Source: Octopus sinensis (lineage: Eukaryota). From it: a stretch of 64,000 nt of DNA. This document shows positions 40,285 through 53,099 of this stretch, in pieces. The position numbers and the translations under genes are program-made. The stretch spans positions 14,818,001 to 14,882,000 of the forward strand of contig NC_043009.1 of NCBI RefSeq assembly GCF_006345805.1. The letters run 5' to 3'. Below the pieces are notes generated by a model. That model worked only from the letters and a program-made list of their open reading frames with translations, did not search any database and was not told the DNA's origin. Numbering within the stretch: the stretch's first letter is position 1; each line of letters begins with the position of its first letter.

Positions 40285-40504
40285 CATGTGTGTATCTGTG
40301 TGTATGCGTGTATGCGTGTTTGTCTGTGAGGGAGTAATCCAAGGCTAATGCACGGCAGACAACAGTTAAGATATCCTGATAAGTTACCTTCCGTTATGTG
40401 CATAATTAGTTATTTGTTTCGAAATGCTCTACACCTCGTGTACCATCGTGCATTCTTAACCTAACTAGACCCGACTACCAACATTCCATTACTGTATAGT
40501 TGAA

Positions 40505-40630
40505 ATGGCATAGGTCTTCTTGTGAGGTAAGATTCTTACTTCCCAACCACATAATTCTAGGTTCGGTCACACCGCGTGACAAACTAGGTAAGTTTCCTCC
40601 ACTATAACCTCGGACCCCACAAAACCAGTA
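40505..40630 (+). mobile_element. SINE family A 5' part, diverged
   Basis: TGTGAGGTAAGATTCTTACTTCCCAACCACATAATTCTAGGTTCGGTCACACCGCGTG. Confidence 0.65.
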
Positions 40631-40668
40631 GGGGGATATAATAAATGGAAAAAAAAGCATTTCGTATC

Positions 40669-40724
<56 letters not shown>

Positions 40725-42054
40725 GTGTGTGTGTGTGTGTGTGTATGTGTGTTTATGTGTGCCTGTGTGTATGTACGTATGTATATGTTTATGTGTGTCT
40801 GTGTTTTTTCTGGCCTCGTTTCTTCCTCCAGCATTTGACAAACAGCACCGTTTTGAGGAAGATTTTGTGGAATACAGTGCTGTTCCTTTTTTTTGAAACC
40901 TGGTAATTATTCTATCGGTATCTTTTGCGGAACCGCTAGTTGACAGGCACATAAATCTTCGGTATAATACCGATATGCGACACGGAATGTATGGTTGAGA
41001 AGTTCTGTATCTACACCTGATACTGCGCAGACAGCTGACTGACCAACTCGAGGTGGGTATAGTTCCATACCAACATAGTATAACGTGATTATCTACCATC
41101 TACATCATAATCTACATTGGTTGATTAGGCTGTAGACGTTGGCAATACAGAGCCCGTTCTGTTGCATATAATAACGTACTTTACAGTTAACGACAAGCAC
41201 TTCGAGCTGAAATTCAACTTCAACGTAACGGCGGTTTTGCACCACATTAAACTAGAAAATAATCCATTTGTCTTGCTTCACTTTTAGAAAGAGAGAAATT
41301 AATACTGTCTACTGTTTCATTTTCCTGCGATGCATCACTTCAATTGATTCTGATATTGACATAGAGTTAGTTAAAACAAACAGCTTTCAGTCAATCCAAA
41401 CAATGCCAAAGCAAGATTTATATAAGAAAATAGTTAACTTGTAGAAAGCCGCAGTATTAACCACTCTATTGACTGGCACTAAATTATGAGCAATATAACT
41501 TCACCGTTTACACTACCATGAGCACTTCTACCCACCTACCTACTTTTGATATACACAACTGGTTGCAGTAAGACTGTGAATAAAACAACAACATTCGAAA
41601 TGTAGCAATGACGTAACTGATATCGCCTATACATGTGTGGCCAACGTGAAAGGAAGTACACAAGGCCACACTGCGGCTACCTCTTGTGGCTTCGTATGAT
41701 GAACTAATCAGATTTCAATTATAGCTGGAAGACGTGCCGTTTGACTGAATATCGTTCACCAGTATGTAAGCTCCACCAAAATTGCATAATGTGTGGAGAT
41801 GCGAACAAAAGAAATTTGAGAAATGATTGTGAAAGTATCACCGGTACCAAACATAGTGTCCTTGAACAATTCTGCACATACTCATTTGGCCATGTCAGAC
41901 AACATTGAGCGTGGAATCATTTTGTAGCGCCTCTGCATAATTTTGATCTGAGGCCAAACAACTTAAAACACAAACATACATAAACATACAGACATATATA
42001 CAAAAATATAATGTATATTGTCTATATCTGTATTCTTACAATGATTTAAATAAT

Positions 42055-42104
<50 letters not shown>

Positions 42105-42450
42105 TATATGTATGTGCGTGTGTGTGTGTGCGTGCGTGTGCGTGTCTGTCTGCGTGTGTGTGTGTGTTTCTATTCATATATACATATATATAGATGTGAC
42201 ACTTCTATATATATATATATATATATATATTCATGTCACCAGCCCTCTTCCACGCGCACATACAAGCTCTCTTATACACACGCACGCGCACTTTCGTTTT
42301 GCGATTACCACTACTTTATTATCTCCCCTTCTTCCTAGCTCTCCTGTGTGGTGACCCTTCTATCCGGCATTCGCTATGATAGATCGCTAGCCACTACACA
42401 TTCTTTATTTTCTCTCCTTGTTTCTTTCAGAGTTCGTGTTTATATATATA

Positions 42451-42514
<64 letters not shown>

Positions 42515-42518
42515 TATT

Positions 42519-42770
42519 TTATTAATAAAGTCGCAAAGACATCACACAGAAACTGTTACTCAAAGTTTCACGTTCCAGTTCGTCGGACACTTTCGGCCAA
42601 AACTGTCAAAACTGTCCAAAGAACAGGGACGTGCAACTCTAAGTAACAGTGCTTGTGATGTCTTCGCAGCTCTATTAATAAAGCATATTACTCTACCTTC
42701 GGTATTCCAGTATTATTTTTCTCACTCTGTTTCATATTAATGTGCTTCCTCTGTTATAAGTATTTGTATG

Positions 42771-42825
<55 letters not shown>

Positions 42826-42839
42826 TATATATTATATAT

Positions 42840-42883
<44 letters not shown>

Positions 42884-43037
42884 TATATAATATATATAGT
42901 AAGTTAGGGTAGTCTGAATGGTGTATGAATGGATGGATGTGGATGTGCGTGTATGTATGTGTGTATAGATATGTATTTGTGTATATACATATAAGTGTTT
43001 ATATATATAGATATATATATATATATATATATATATA

Positions 43038-43089
<52 letters not shown>

Positions 43090-43346
43090 GTTTATTAATA
43101 AAGTCGCAAAGACATCACACAGAAACTGTTACTCAAAGTTTCACGTTCCAGTTCGTCGGACACTTTGGGCCAAAACTGTCAAAACTGTCCAAAGAACAGG
43201 GACGTGCAACTCTAAGTAACAGTGCTTGTGATGTCTTCGCAGCTCTATTAATAAAGCATATTACTCTACCTTCGGTATTCCAGTATTATTTTTCTCACTC
43301 TGTTTCATATTAATGTGCTTCCTCTGTTATAAGTATTTGTATGTAT

Positions 43347-43398
<52 letters not shown>

Positions 43399-43559
43399 TA
43401 TATATAATATATATATTATATATATATATATATATATATTAATATATATATAATATATATAGTAAGTTAGGGTAGTCTGAATGGTGTATGAATGGATGGA
43501 TGTGGATGTGCGTGTATGTATGTGTGTATAGATATGTATTTGTGTATATACATATAAGT

Positions 43560-43592
<33 letters not shown>
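42519..43592 (+). repeat. Direct tandem duplication, period ~573 bp
   Basis: Near-identical units start TTATTAATAAAGTCGCAAAGAC at 42519 and 43092. They differ mainly in TA tract lengths. Confidence 0.92.
42551..42592 (-). ncRNA. Minimal hammerhead-like motif with a U4C core (duplicate at ~43124-43165)
   Basis: Minus strand AAGTGT-CCGACGA-AC(TGGAAC)GT-GAAAC-TTTGA-GTA-ACAGTT. A more decayed opposite-strand partner lies at about 42612-42652. Confidence 0.5.
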
Positions 43593-43597
<5 letters not shown>

Positions 43598-43698
43598 ACT
43601 TATATGTATATACACAAATACATATCTATACACACATACATACACGCACATCCACATCCATCCATTCATACACCATTCAGACTGCCCCAACTTACTAT
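43459..43698. repeat. Palindrome centred on (TA)n, arms ~105 bp
   Basis: ATAGTAAGTTAGGGTAGTCTGAATGG...AAGTGTTTA / TAAACACTT...CCATTCAGACTGCCCCAACTTACTAT; two mismatches seen. Confidence 0.9.
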
Positions 43699-44874
43699 TG
43701 ACCATTCCATCTACACACGTGTGCTAAAACACACACACACACGCACGCTATCACACACATACACATGCCACCACACTCACACACGCACAAACGCGCACAC
43801 CCACACATACACATAGATAACCATTCTTCACTCTCTCCCGACCCAGAAATCATGTTCTCTTTATCCTTCTACTTCCGATGATTTCAAAAATGTAACTACA
43901 CGAGAACTTTACTATGTTTCCTGTTTCCAAAGAAGAGCTATGGTTGAAACGCAAAACAGCCACTCTTTTCCTATTCTAAGCGTCTTATTAATACTTTAAA
44001 TGTGATACGCACTCACGTTGCTATATTTTTCTTGTCTTTTCTCCAAATTTTGACGTATATATGCAGAATTCACGTCAAATAAAATAAAAATATTCCTTTC
44101 GAGTGATTTACAATTAAAATATTCAACATTTAAGACTTTTCATACACGGATTATAGAAGGCATATTTCACCTCCAATCTTGGAGCTGGTTGAGAGAGTAA
44201 ATTGATGAATACTATTTTCATGTTAAATTCATAAGCCAATAAATCTGTCCGCACCTCCGGAGAAATGAGAAGAAGAAAAAACTCACATCCAAGACTTAAA
44301 CATCTAAGAGATTCAGGGCAGTTAGCGCAAATTACTAAATAAAAAAAAAGTGGCTCAATGAGACTACACACAGACCCTGAAGACACAAACAAAGAAATAA
44401 AAGATGATAGATAATTTAATAAAGCAAATATAAAATAAAAAGTACATATAAAAACAAAAAAGTAATCATTATGGGGAAAGGCTGAAAAACAAAAACCTAA
44501 AGGCAGGTACACATATATGTATGAATACGGGTAGGAACAGTTAAAACACATAAGCACTTACACACACACACACACACACACGTATATATATATATATCGT
44601 ACTGACAAGAAAGTAATGTTTAGAACAACAGAAAGATAAAGTATTTTACCATTATAATATGACAGAAAAATATTTGTCAGCAGAAATCCATGGGGCTCGA
44701 ACCTTCACCTCACAGATTTCGGTTAAGTACTCTACCATTAAGCCATACTTCCACCGCTGACAACGAATTCTCTCAAATTAAACACGAAATTGATAGCTTC
44801 TTTCCAAATTCATCAAGATATGTAAACAAACTTATTTTTGCTTTCAGAAGCGTCGAATGTGTATAGTATCATAT

Positions 44875-45034
44875 AGAAGGAGTGGCTGTGTGGTAAGTGG
44901 CTTGCTTACTAACAACATGGTTGCTAAGCACCTTGGGCATGTGCTTTCTAATACAGCCTCGGGCCGACTAAAGCCTTGTGAGTGGATTTGGTAGACGGTA
45001 ACTGAAAGAAGCCCGTCGTATATATGTATATATA

Positions 45035-45070
<36 letters not shown>

Positions 45071-45322
45071 TGTATGTAGGTATGTATGATTGTGTGTCTG
45101 TGCCCCCCCACCACCACCATCAACACCGCTTGACAACCCAGGCTGATGTGTTTACGTCCTCGTAACGTAGCGGTTCGGCAAAAGAGACCGATTGAATAAG
45201 TACTAGGCTTACAGAGAATAAGTCCTGGAATCTATTTGCTCGACTGAAGGCAGTGCTCCAGCATGGCCGCAGCCAAATGACTGGAACAAGTAAATAAGTA
45301 AAACAGTAAAAGAGTAAAAGAA
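44875..45322 (+). mobile_element. SINE family A, near full length, with an internal (TA)(TATG)n tract
   Basis: GGAGTGGCTGTGTGGTAAGT..GCCTCGGGCCGACTAAAGCCTTGTGAGTGGATTTGGTAGACGG..GCGGTTCGGCAAAAGAGACCG..tail (GTAAAAGA)n. Confidence 0.88.
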
Positions 45323-45612
45323 TGTAACATTTCAATCGCAGTATAGCCGTGAAGACAGCAGAAAGATAGGATATTTTATCCTTGTATGACAGCAAAAGGT
45401 ACTGGTTCATGTCTTATAGCTGTCTGCTGACGACTAATTCCCTCATATTAAGAGTAAAAAAAAACAAAAACACAACAACAATATTTTTGCTGTCTTCACA
45501 GCTATATTGCGTTCGAAATATTACTTTCTTGTCTGTATAAGATACATATTCGATGCGTCTAAAACAAGACAAAAAAATTGCTTGTTTACATATGTTGTTG
45601 CAAATGTATATA

Positions 45613-46591
45613 CAGAGGTTGGACAAAATACTGGAAACACCTAGCATCATAGCATCGTAGTTTTCAAATATCTATAAAACCGTCAAAATCTTGGTTTTTA
45701 TGTATTTTGATTTATTATTAGTGTTGCTTAATATATTTTGCTAAAATTGATTTTTCTTTCCAGATATCATCAGAAAAAGGTAATGACCACCTCGAAAATC
45801 CAGTTTCCACAAAAACTGTTCGCCGGGAGCTGCACAAAGCCGGAATTCACGGGACGGCTGCAATCCGAAAACCAGTACTTTCAAAAACAAACGTTTCAAG
45901 GCGATTTGAGTGGAGTAAAAACCTACAGAATTGGTCCCCTACATCAGTGGATGAATGTTATTTTCTTGGACGAGTCATCCTATACCTTATCTATGACCAC
46001 CAGCCAAGTGTATGTGTGGAGACAACGAAAAGAAGCATTTGACCCAGACTGCCTTCTTCCAACCGTTAAACATGGAGGAAGATGTGTGATGATCTGGGGG
46101 AGGGGTTGTATCTCGGAAATCCACCGGTCCAATGGTTTCTTTTCATGGTAGAATTAATAGTCAAGTCTATTTAAGCATTTTATGATTCATCCTATGGTTG
46201 CGGAAGTGTTTCCGGGGGGAAACGTAATCTTTCAGGATGATAATGCACCAATTCACACACCTAAATTTGCTACTGAATGGGATGAGGAACATTCTAGTGA
46301 AGTTGAACATCTTGTCTGGCCACCATGGTCCCCAGATCTCAATATTATCGAACATTGGTGCATTTTCGAATAACCAGTAGATATCGACATCCTCCACCAT
46401 CATCACTACAAGAACTGGAGACTGTTTTAGCTGAAGAATGGACAAAAATGCCTTTGGAAAGAATTGAAACTTTGTATGAGTCCATACCTCGTAGAATTCA
46501 AGCTGCAATTACTACCAAAGGCGGTTCTTTTCCTATATTAAATATAATTTGTTTGAAATTTTTACGTGTATTCATTATTTTGTCCAACCCC

Positions 46592-46593
<2 letters not shown>
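45613..46593 (+). mobile_element. Tc1-like DNA transposon with both TIRs and TA flanks
   Basis: TIRs CAGAGGTTGGACAAAATA / TATTTTGTCCAACCCCTA. Transposase remnants include FLDES, PTVKHGG..VMIWG, IFQDDNAPIH and WPPWSPDLNIIEH (DD34E type). Frameshifted and missing the N-terminal part. Confidence 0.92.
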
Positions 46594-46651
<58 letters not shown>

Positions 46652-46661
<10 letters not shown>

Positions 46662-46900
46662 GAAATTAAGAAAATGCTGACGAAATAATTTAAGTAATTT
46701 AAGTAATTTAATTAGGTGAAAGTTCTTTTTTACCGGTTGCGCATTTGTTATGCTTATCAAAAGATAGATTTTTTCCTCTTATCTATCTTTTGATAAGCAT
46801 AACAAATTCGCAACCGGTAAAAAGAAATTTCACCTAATTAAATTATTTAAATTACTTAAATTATTTTGTCAGCATTTTCTTAATTTCCTTTCTTATATAT
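46652..46900. repeat. Near-perfect palindrome, arms ~118 bp, 11-nt loop
   Basis: AAGGAAATTAAGAAAATGCTGAC...GCTTATCAAAAGATAGAT | TTTTTCCTCTT | ATCTATCTTTTGATAAGC...GTCAGCATTTTCTTAATTTCCTT. Confidence 0.92.
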
Positions 46901-46928
46901 CACAACTCGTGTTCCGTATCTCCTTTTT

Positions 46929-46979
<51 letters not shown>

Positions 46980-47000
46980 TTACATATACATATTCATATA

Positions 47001-47044
<44 letters not shown>

Positions 47045-48333
47045 GGCAAAACATCCAGACAGTTGCGTGATACGATAAAAGGACAACACAACACCCATAT
47101 AGACGATACAAAGAAAACAACACGGGTCATACGGAGTTTTCTATCCTCAGTCGAGTTCCAGGTTATCTTTTCAATTTGGGCTGGATATACTCGAGTTTGC
47201 TCCAATATAGCCAACCCCAAGGAAAAACTAAGCTAAGACCAATAGATTTCTTGGAAGGAAGCAGCCAATGTATACGAAAACAATGACGAAGAAAACAGAA
47301 AAATGTATCACAAATACAAATCCAATTAACAGAACACAACAATAGGTGTTTTACGACTAAGAACGAATTAAATTAAGTTGGCGTGTGTAGAAGTAAAGCC
47401 TTACAGAAGGGACATAACATTTGACAGGCACAGGGAGAAATATATAATTAATTCTATTTCCTTCAAGAATTTAGCTTCGCAGGTGAAAAAATTCGCCAAT
47501 CAGAAACCTCGTCATTCAATCGGAGGATACCCTATATAATTTGTAATATACAAGAGAAGCCAACAATCTTTGTATTTTTCGCAACCTCGGTTAAATTCAT
47601 GTGAATTCAAACCCTTGTATAAATTGCAAAGCAGCAGCAAGGTAGCTTAACAAACAAAAGTAATTTATGTTAAAAAAATGACGAAAATCACCCGCTTTGT
47701 ATTCGCGCATGCTTATTCACAAATTACTTGCACATACAGCTAGTTCAAAAAAGTACACACAAATTGAAACATCTATACACACATGCAAAGTTACAGTTAT
47801 AATCAATGACGATATTCCCTTCAATGAAAATGTAATATTCGACCACTGGAGTTGAATTCAATTGACATTTCGTATCCATACATATGAAGATGTCTTGTTA
47901 ACAAAATATAAAAAAAAGACATTAAATCGGTTGGACTAAGCTCAAAAATAACTTTGTATCATTTTTACCAGTAAAATATGAATTTTAGAATGACTGTGAT
48001 TCCTATTTACATAAACGTCGTATAAGAAGAAATACTAAGCTGTTGCATATATTCAACAGCACTTTGATTCCTCATATTTATGTTGCTCGAAGTATCAATT
48101 CTATAAACGTGTACATTCAAATGTATACACCGCGAAACACATAAACAAAGACACAACACACAAACATATATGCACTTGAACATTTGTACAATGGACGGTG
48201 CATATATAAATAGCTAATTTGGTTTTCAGAGCAGTCTGTGTTGATATGAAAAAAATATAACATATGCGATTATTGATGGCTGTCAAGTTATATGCTAATC
48301 AACATCAATACACACACAACCAAACAAATATAT

Positions 48334-48467
<134 letters not shown>

Positions 48468-48519
48468 TATATATATATAATATATATATATAAAATATAG
48501 AAAATAGAAGTTATTTTCT

Positions 48520-49573
48520 ATATTTTGGCATAAAAATATAGAAAAACTCATAGAATTCCAAGAAATTTTAAACAGACTGGACGTAAACATCCAATTCACG
48601 ATGGAATATAGCCAGCAACAACTCCCCTTCCTCGATATCCTCATTAAGAAAACTAATAATGTAATAGAAACAGACATATATTATAAGCCTACAGATTCTA
48701 AGCAATATCTTCCATTCAATTCATGCCACCCCAGACACACCAGGATGAATATCCCCTTCAATCTAGCAAAAAGGATATGCACTATAGTATCTAATGCAAA
48801 CACCAGAGACACACGACTACAAGAACTAAAAGATACCCTTATCACCAGGAACTATCCACCTTCACTTATTGACAAGTGCATTCAACGTGCCCTTCAACTT
48901 AACATCAAGGAACTGAGACATCCCAAATCAAAGAAAAACTTACGACCAAAAGCCTTACCATACATCTCCACACACAACCCTCTCAATAACGAAGCCTTCG
49001 GCACCATCCTCCATAACATACCCCTCCTAAAAAAAGACCACAGAATGAACACAATCCTCCAAACACACACGATCATAAAAAGCAAGAGACAGCCTAAATC
49101 TATGAAAAGTCTCCTAACACAAGCCCGAATTCACTCTTCAACACAGAAGCCGACAGTAAAAAAAATGTGGAAGACCCAATTGCGGGATATGCGATTATCT
49201 AATTGAGGGATCAGAGTTCTCCTTCAAACAGGGACAACGGTTTACAGTGAAAAGCAACTTCACATGTGCTTCGGAGAACCTAATATACTCACTAACCCGC
49301 TCCGGGTGTCAAGAGTAGTACATAGGCCAAACAAAAAATAGTTTGCGTAAAAGAATGGCCCTGCACAGATCCCAGATAAAAATTCCCCAAAACAGAAAAA
49401 TAGCTTTCAGCCAACACATAGATACTTGCGCCAACAACAAAACACCAGGCTTCAGGATTTTCCCCCTCTACCAATTTAGGGACCATACAACCTCGAGACA
49501 ACGAATAAGTAAAGAAACTTTCTTTATTACAAAATACAGGCCACTTCTTAACGGGTCTACGACAAACGATTAA
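48520..49573 (+). pseudogene. PLE reverse transcriptase (thumb) and GIY-YIG endonuclease
   Basis: IFW..IQFTMEYSQQQLPFLDILI..TDIYYKPTDSKQYLPFNSCHP. After a frameshift: CGRPNCGICD..FTCASENLIY..YIGQTKNSLRKRMALHR..KETFFI.KYRPLLN. One stop and one frameshift seen. Confidence 0.93.
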
Positions 49574-50203
49574 TATACCTCAACTTTAGAATAAAAGAAA
49601 TACACACACAAATATTACATTCCAAAGAATCCATTACAAATCAACCCCAATCACAGCTATAATCCATAACATGCCAACTTCAAGTCATACAACACCTCAC
49701 TACTTTCACCCATTCATATTCTCCCTTCTCTTTTTTTCTCCTTCTTCCTCTTCTTCTTCATCATTATCATTATCATCATCAACGTCATCATTATCACCAT
49801 CATCATCATCTTCTTCTTCTCCTTCTCCCTCCTTTTCTTCCTCTTCTTCTTCTTCTCCACCTTCTACCTCTTAACTTTATCACTAATGCTTTTTAGTATA
49901 ACACCTACGCAAATTCCATAAACAAACCTTTCAATAGAAATATTCTCCTGAATTGAACTGCAACTGCTAGCCGCCACTGACCATTCAAAATACGACCATC
50001 AAGGCACTCCCAAATTTTTCCACCCCTCTCCTCATCAACATTCTTCTTCTACCCTACCAAGAATTCACAACTGCCTCGAACACACAAGTGCAAACAAGGG
50101 AGACAGAGAAAGGTAGAATGCCACTTATATCTGAACACTATACAAATATTCCTTTAAAAAAACTTTTCTTCTAATTCTTCTAAATTTAATTATTTAATCG
50201 TTA

Positions 50204-50241
50204 CAGTTGAAAAGGTCTCAAAATGACCGAAACCGGTACTG
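50204..50241 (+). ncRNA. Minimal type I hammerhead motif with a U3-A8 core in the PLE 3' terminus
   Basis: CAG-TTGAAAA-GGTC(TCAAAAT)GACC-GAAAC-CG-GTA-CTG. All three stems pair, the G10.1-C11.1 pair is intact and the triplet is GUA. Confidence 0.72.
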
Positions 50242-50289
50242 AAATGTTCTTTATAAAATTATTTTAGCATTTTCTATTTTGACTTGTTT

Positions 50290-50340
<51 letters not shown>

Positions 50341-50658
50341 CCCTCCTATCACACACCTACACCTGTACATATACAAACATATATATATATATATATTATA
50401 TATATATATATATGCGTGTGAAAAGTGAGAGAGCACTTTACAAAATATACGAAATATGTACGCTATATAAATATACAATATTATACATAATGATGTTACG
50501 AATGCAGAGAACACCCTATGGAACACATTGGGGAAAAAACTAAGCATAAACAAATTATACTCAAATGAAACGAAACGGTAAATCTCACTATATGGAACGT
50601 AAGCGACACAATTTTGTAAGAAATAGATATAGGAATTCTGAATATATATATATATATT

Positions 50659-51445
50659 ATCTGACGTACCCGGTAATTCCCGGGAAAGCGGGGCTATCCC
50701 TTGGTTCCGTTCTCATAATTGATTTGCTAATCCAATAACAACAGTACAAAGTATGTAGCCCTTAAAACGGTTTTGGGGCATTTACTGAGAATACCAAATT
50801 GTCTTACACAGGATCTTGTTTTTAGGAATTCCCAATAAGTTATGAATATCCAAATTGTGAAGTCAGTTAAGTAATAACATGAAATTAGTTATCCGATAGT
50901 AAGAATTCAAATAAAATATCCCCGAAAAGGGCTTTAATGTGTTCCTGTTCCAAGTGTATATAGAACATAGGAGGAAATACTAATAAGGTATGTATATAAA
51001 ATTTGTGAACCACGTTACGTAATAACAGACTAATAAGATATGTTATAATAACAATTCAAAGTAAATAACACTGAGAATGTTTTTGTGCGTTCTCAGAGAA
51101 TATTATCCTCATGGATTATTTCAGTCACTAACTGAAATAAGTGGATCTATTGTTTAGAAAAATACTATTTACTTGTTAAAGTGTTGTATTGGATAAATTG
51201 CGAAGATAACTCTAACGGTTCAAAAACTAATAAACAAGCATGCTCAATTTCATTTTTACCAAATAATTTAGGAAAATGAATGGGTTATTTCCCTTGGTTA
51301 TATATAGCGATCCCTTCCAGGGGATAATGAAGTATGCCATAAGTTTTCCAGTCTACTCACGTGCCAAGTTTCATCCAAATCGATAAAGCGATGTAGGAGT
51401 TAGCTAACAACTCACAAACACGCCCACAGACAGAATTTCACACAT
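50659..51445 (+). mobile_element. Possible non-autonomous Helitron-type element
   Basis: The 5' end TCTGACGTACCCGG and the 3' block GCCAAGTTTCATCCAAATCG..GCGATGTAGGAG..ACAGACAGAATTTCAC resemble termini of invertebrate non-autonomous Helitrons (recalled similarity, not aligned). Confidence 0.4.
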
Positions 51446-51931
51446 ATGTAGTACATGTACATATATATATATATATATATATATGATTATCGTACATATC
51501 TTACATACATACACACAAACACAAATACACTATTATACACACTTAAATACATGCGTAATACATAAATTACATGGGAAAATGCGAACAAGTTAAATAATGT
51601 TGTAACCCTGGAAACTTACAGGCCAAGTTATTACACTTGGAAATGTTCAGGACAAATTTTTACATGTGGTAAAGGACATAACATGAAATTTTTTGCTTAA
51701 AATTTTGCTACGAACGATAAAATTTCAAATAAAATATTTAGATTTAGAAAATATTAGCTAATAAATATTAGAAAATAAAGCTAAAAAAACATATTACAAG
51801 TTATTACATCTATTTGTTATTACTTGCTACCTCTATTAAGAATAAAAAGTAATTCAATTTAGACGGTTTTGCACTTAAAAAACACACATTTTATTAATTA
51901 ATAATTAATAATCAGGGATTTGAAAACAGGT

Positions 51932-52763
51932 GGATCTTTTCCTTTTGAACGACACTTTGTAACATAATTTCTAGGTAACTAAAAAGTTTTTAACTTCCTA
52001 TACTGGTAGACTGTGTTATAAAACACCATTTTCTATTGGCTTTATTGAGAAACTTCTATAGGTTGTAAAATATTTTGTTTTTAATTTCGAGCATTTCGGC
52101 AATTTTAACCAATCGCTGGAGTCCATTTAGGTAAATAACATTCTGTGCATAATGAATATCTCCCTCCTTTAAGAAACAGATTAGGTTTATTTACATTTGT
52201 GAAGAAAAAAAAGATACCCTTCCCCAACACCTAACCCTAACCCTAACTCTAATCCTAAATCTAAAATAGATTGAAATGCAATAGATCGATACTAGGGCCA
52301 TAATTATGGGTGACATTTTAATTTGACACCGCTAGAAAAAAATCCCATTTTCCGTAGCGGTGTCGTATGAAATTGTCACCCATAATTATGGCCCTAGTAT
52401 CGATCTATTGCATTTCAATCTATTTTAGATTTAGGGTGAGAGTTAGAGTCAGGGTTAGGGTTAGGGGTGGGGGAAGGGTATATTTTTTTCTTCACAAATG
52501 TAAATAAACCCAATCTGTTTCTTAAACGAGGGACATATTCATACAGCACGGAATGTTGTTTACCTAAATGGACTCCAGCGATTGGTTAAAACTCTCGAAA
52601 TGCTCGAAATTAAAGACAAAATGTCTTACAACCTATAGAATTTTCTCAATAAAGCCAAGAAAAAATGATGTTTTATAAACACATTCTACCAATATACGAA
52701 GTCTAAAAGTGTTTAGTTTACTAGAAATTCTGTTGAAAAGTGTCGTTCAAAAGGAAAAGATCC
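51932..52763. mobile_element. Foldback DNA element: ~405-bp TIRs, 8-bp TSD, internal TTAGGG repeats
   Basis: Arms 51932-52334 and 52355-52763 start GGATCTTTTCC and end GGAAAAGATCC. The direct repeat AAACAGGT lies at 51924-51931 and 52764-52771. (CCTAAC)n and (GGGTTA)n occur inside the arms. Confidence 0.88.
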
Positions 52764-53099
52764 AAACAGGTTACCAAAATAATAGTAGTACATAATTAGT
52801 ACAATAAACAGAATAATACAAAATTAGTTATGTTGTACAGTAAAATCAATCTCTCACAACAAATTCACAGCAAAATTTGCTTGAGTTATTGCCTAAGTTA
52901 TTGCCAAATCTTCACTTACTTAGTCTTAAACCCAATGCCAACTTTTTACAAAATGAATTTGCTTACTATATACTATTCTACTTTGCATAAAGCTTTAGCT
53001 ATATTGGTACTTCTGACTCTTGTTTTTTTACGTATTCTCGTGTGTGAATATTTTAACAGAATGATGGTAACTTTTTAATTTTAAAGTTACTTTGTAAAT

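Larger units (their letters stand above)
48492..50295 (+). mobile_element. Penelope-like element, 5'-truncated, flanked by (TA)n on both sides
   Basis: RT C-terminus, GIY-YIG, 3' UTR with a (TCT/TCA)n tract, terminal hammerhead motif, and a short inverted repeat at the 5' junction. Confidence 0.92.

Noticed and set aside
41131-41632. Possible solo LTR (TGTAGACG...CCTATACA with AATAAA)
   Set aside because: No TSD, PBS, PPT or second copy is visible.
47040-47200. CTGAGGA in a PLE-like terminus on the minus strand
   Set aside because: No stem II or GAAAC follows; too decayed to call.
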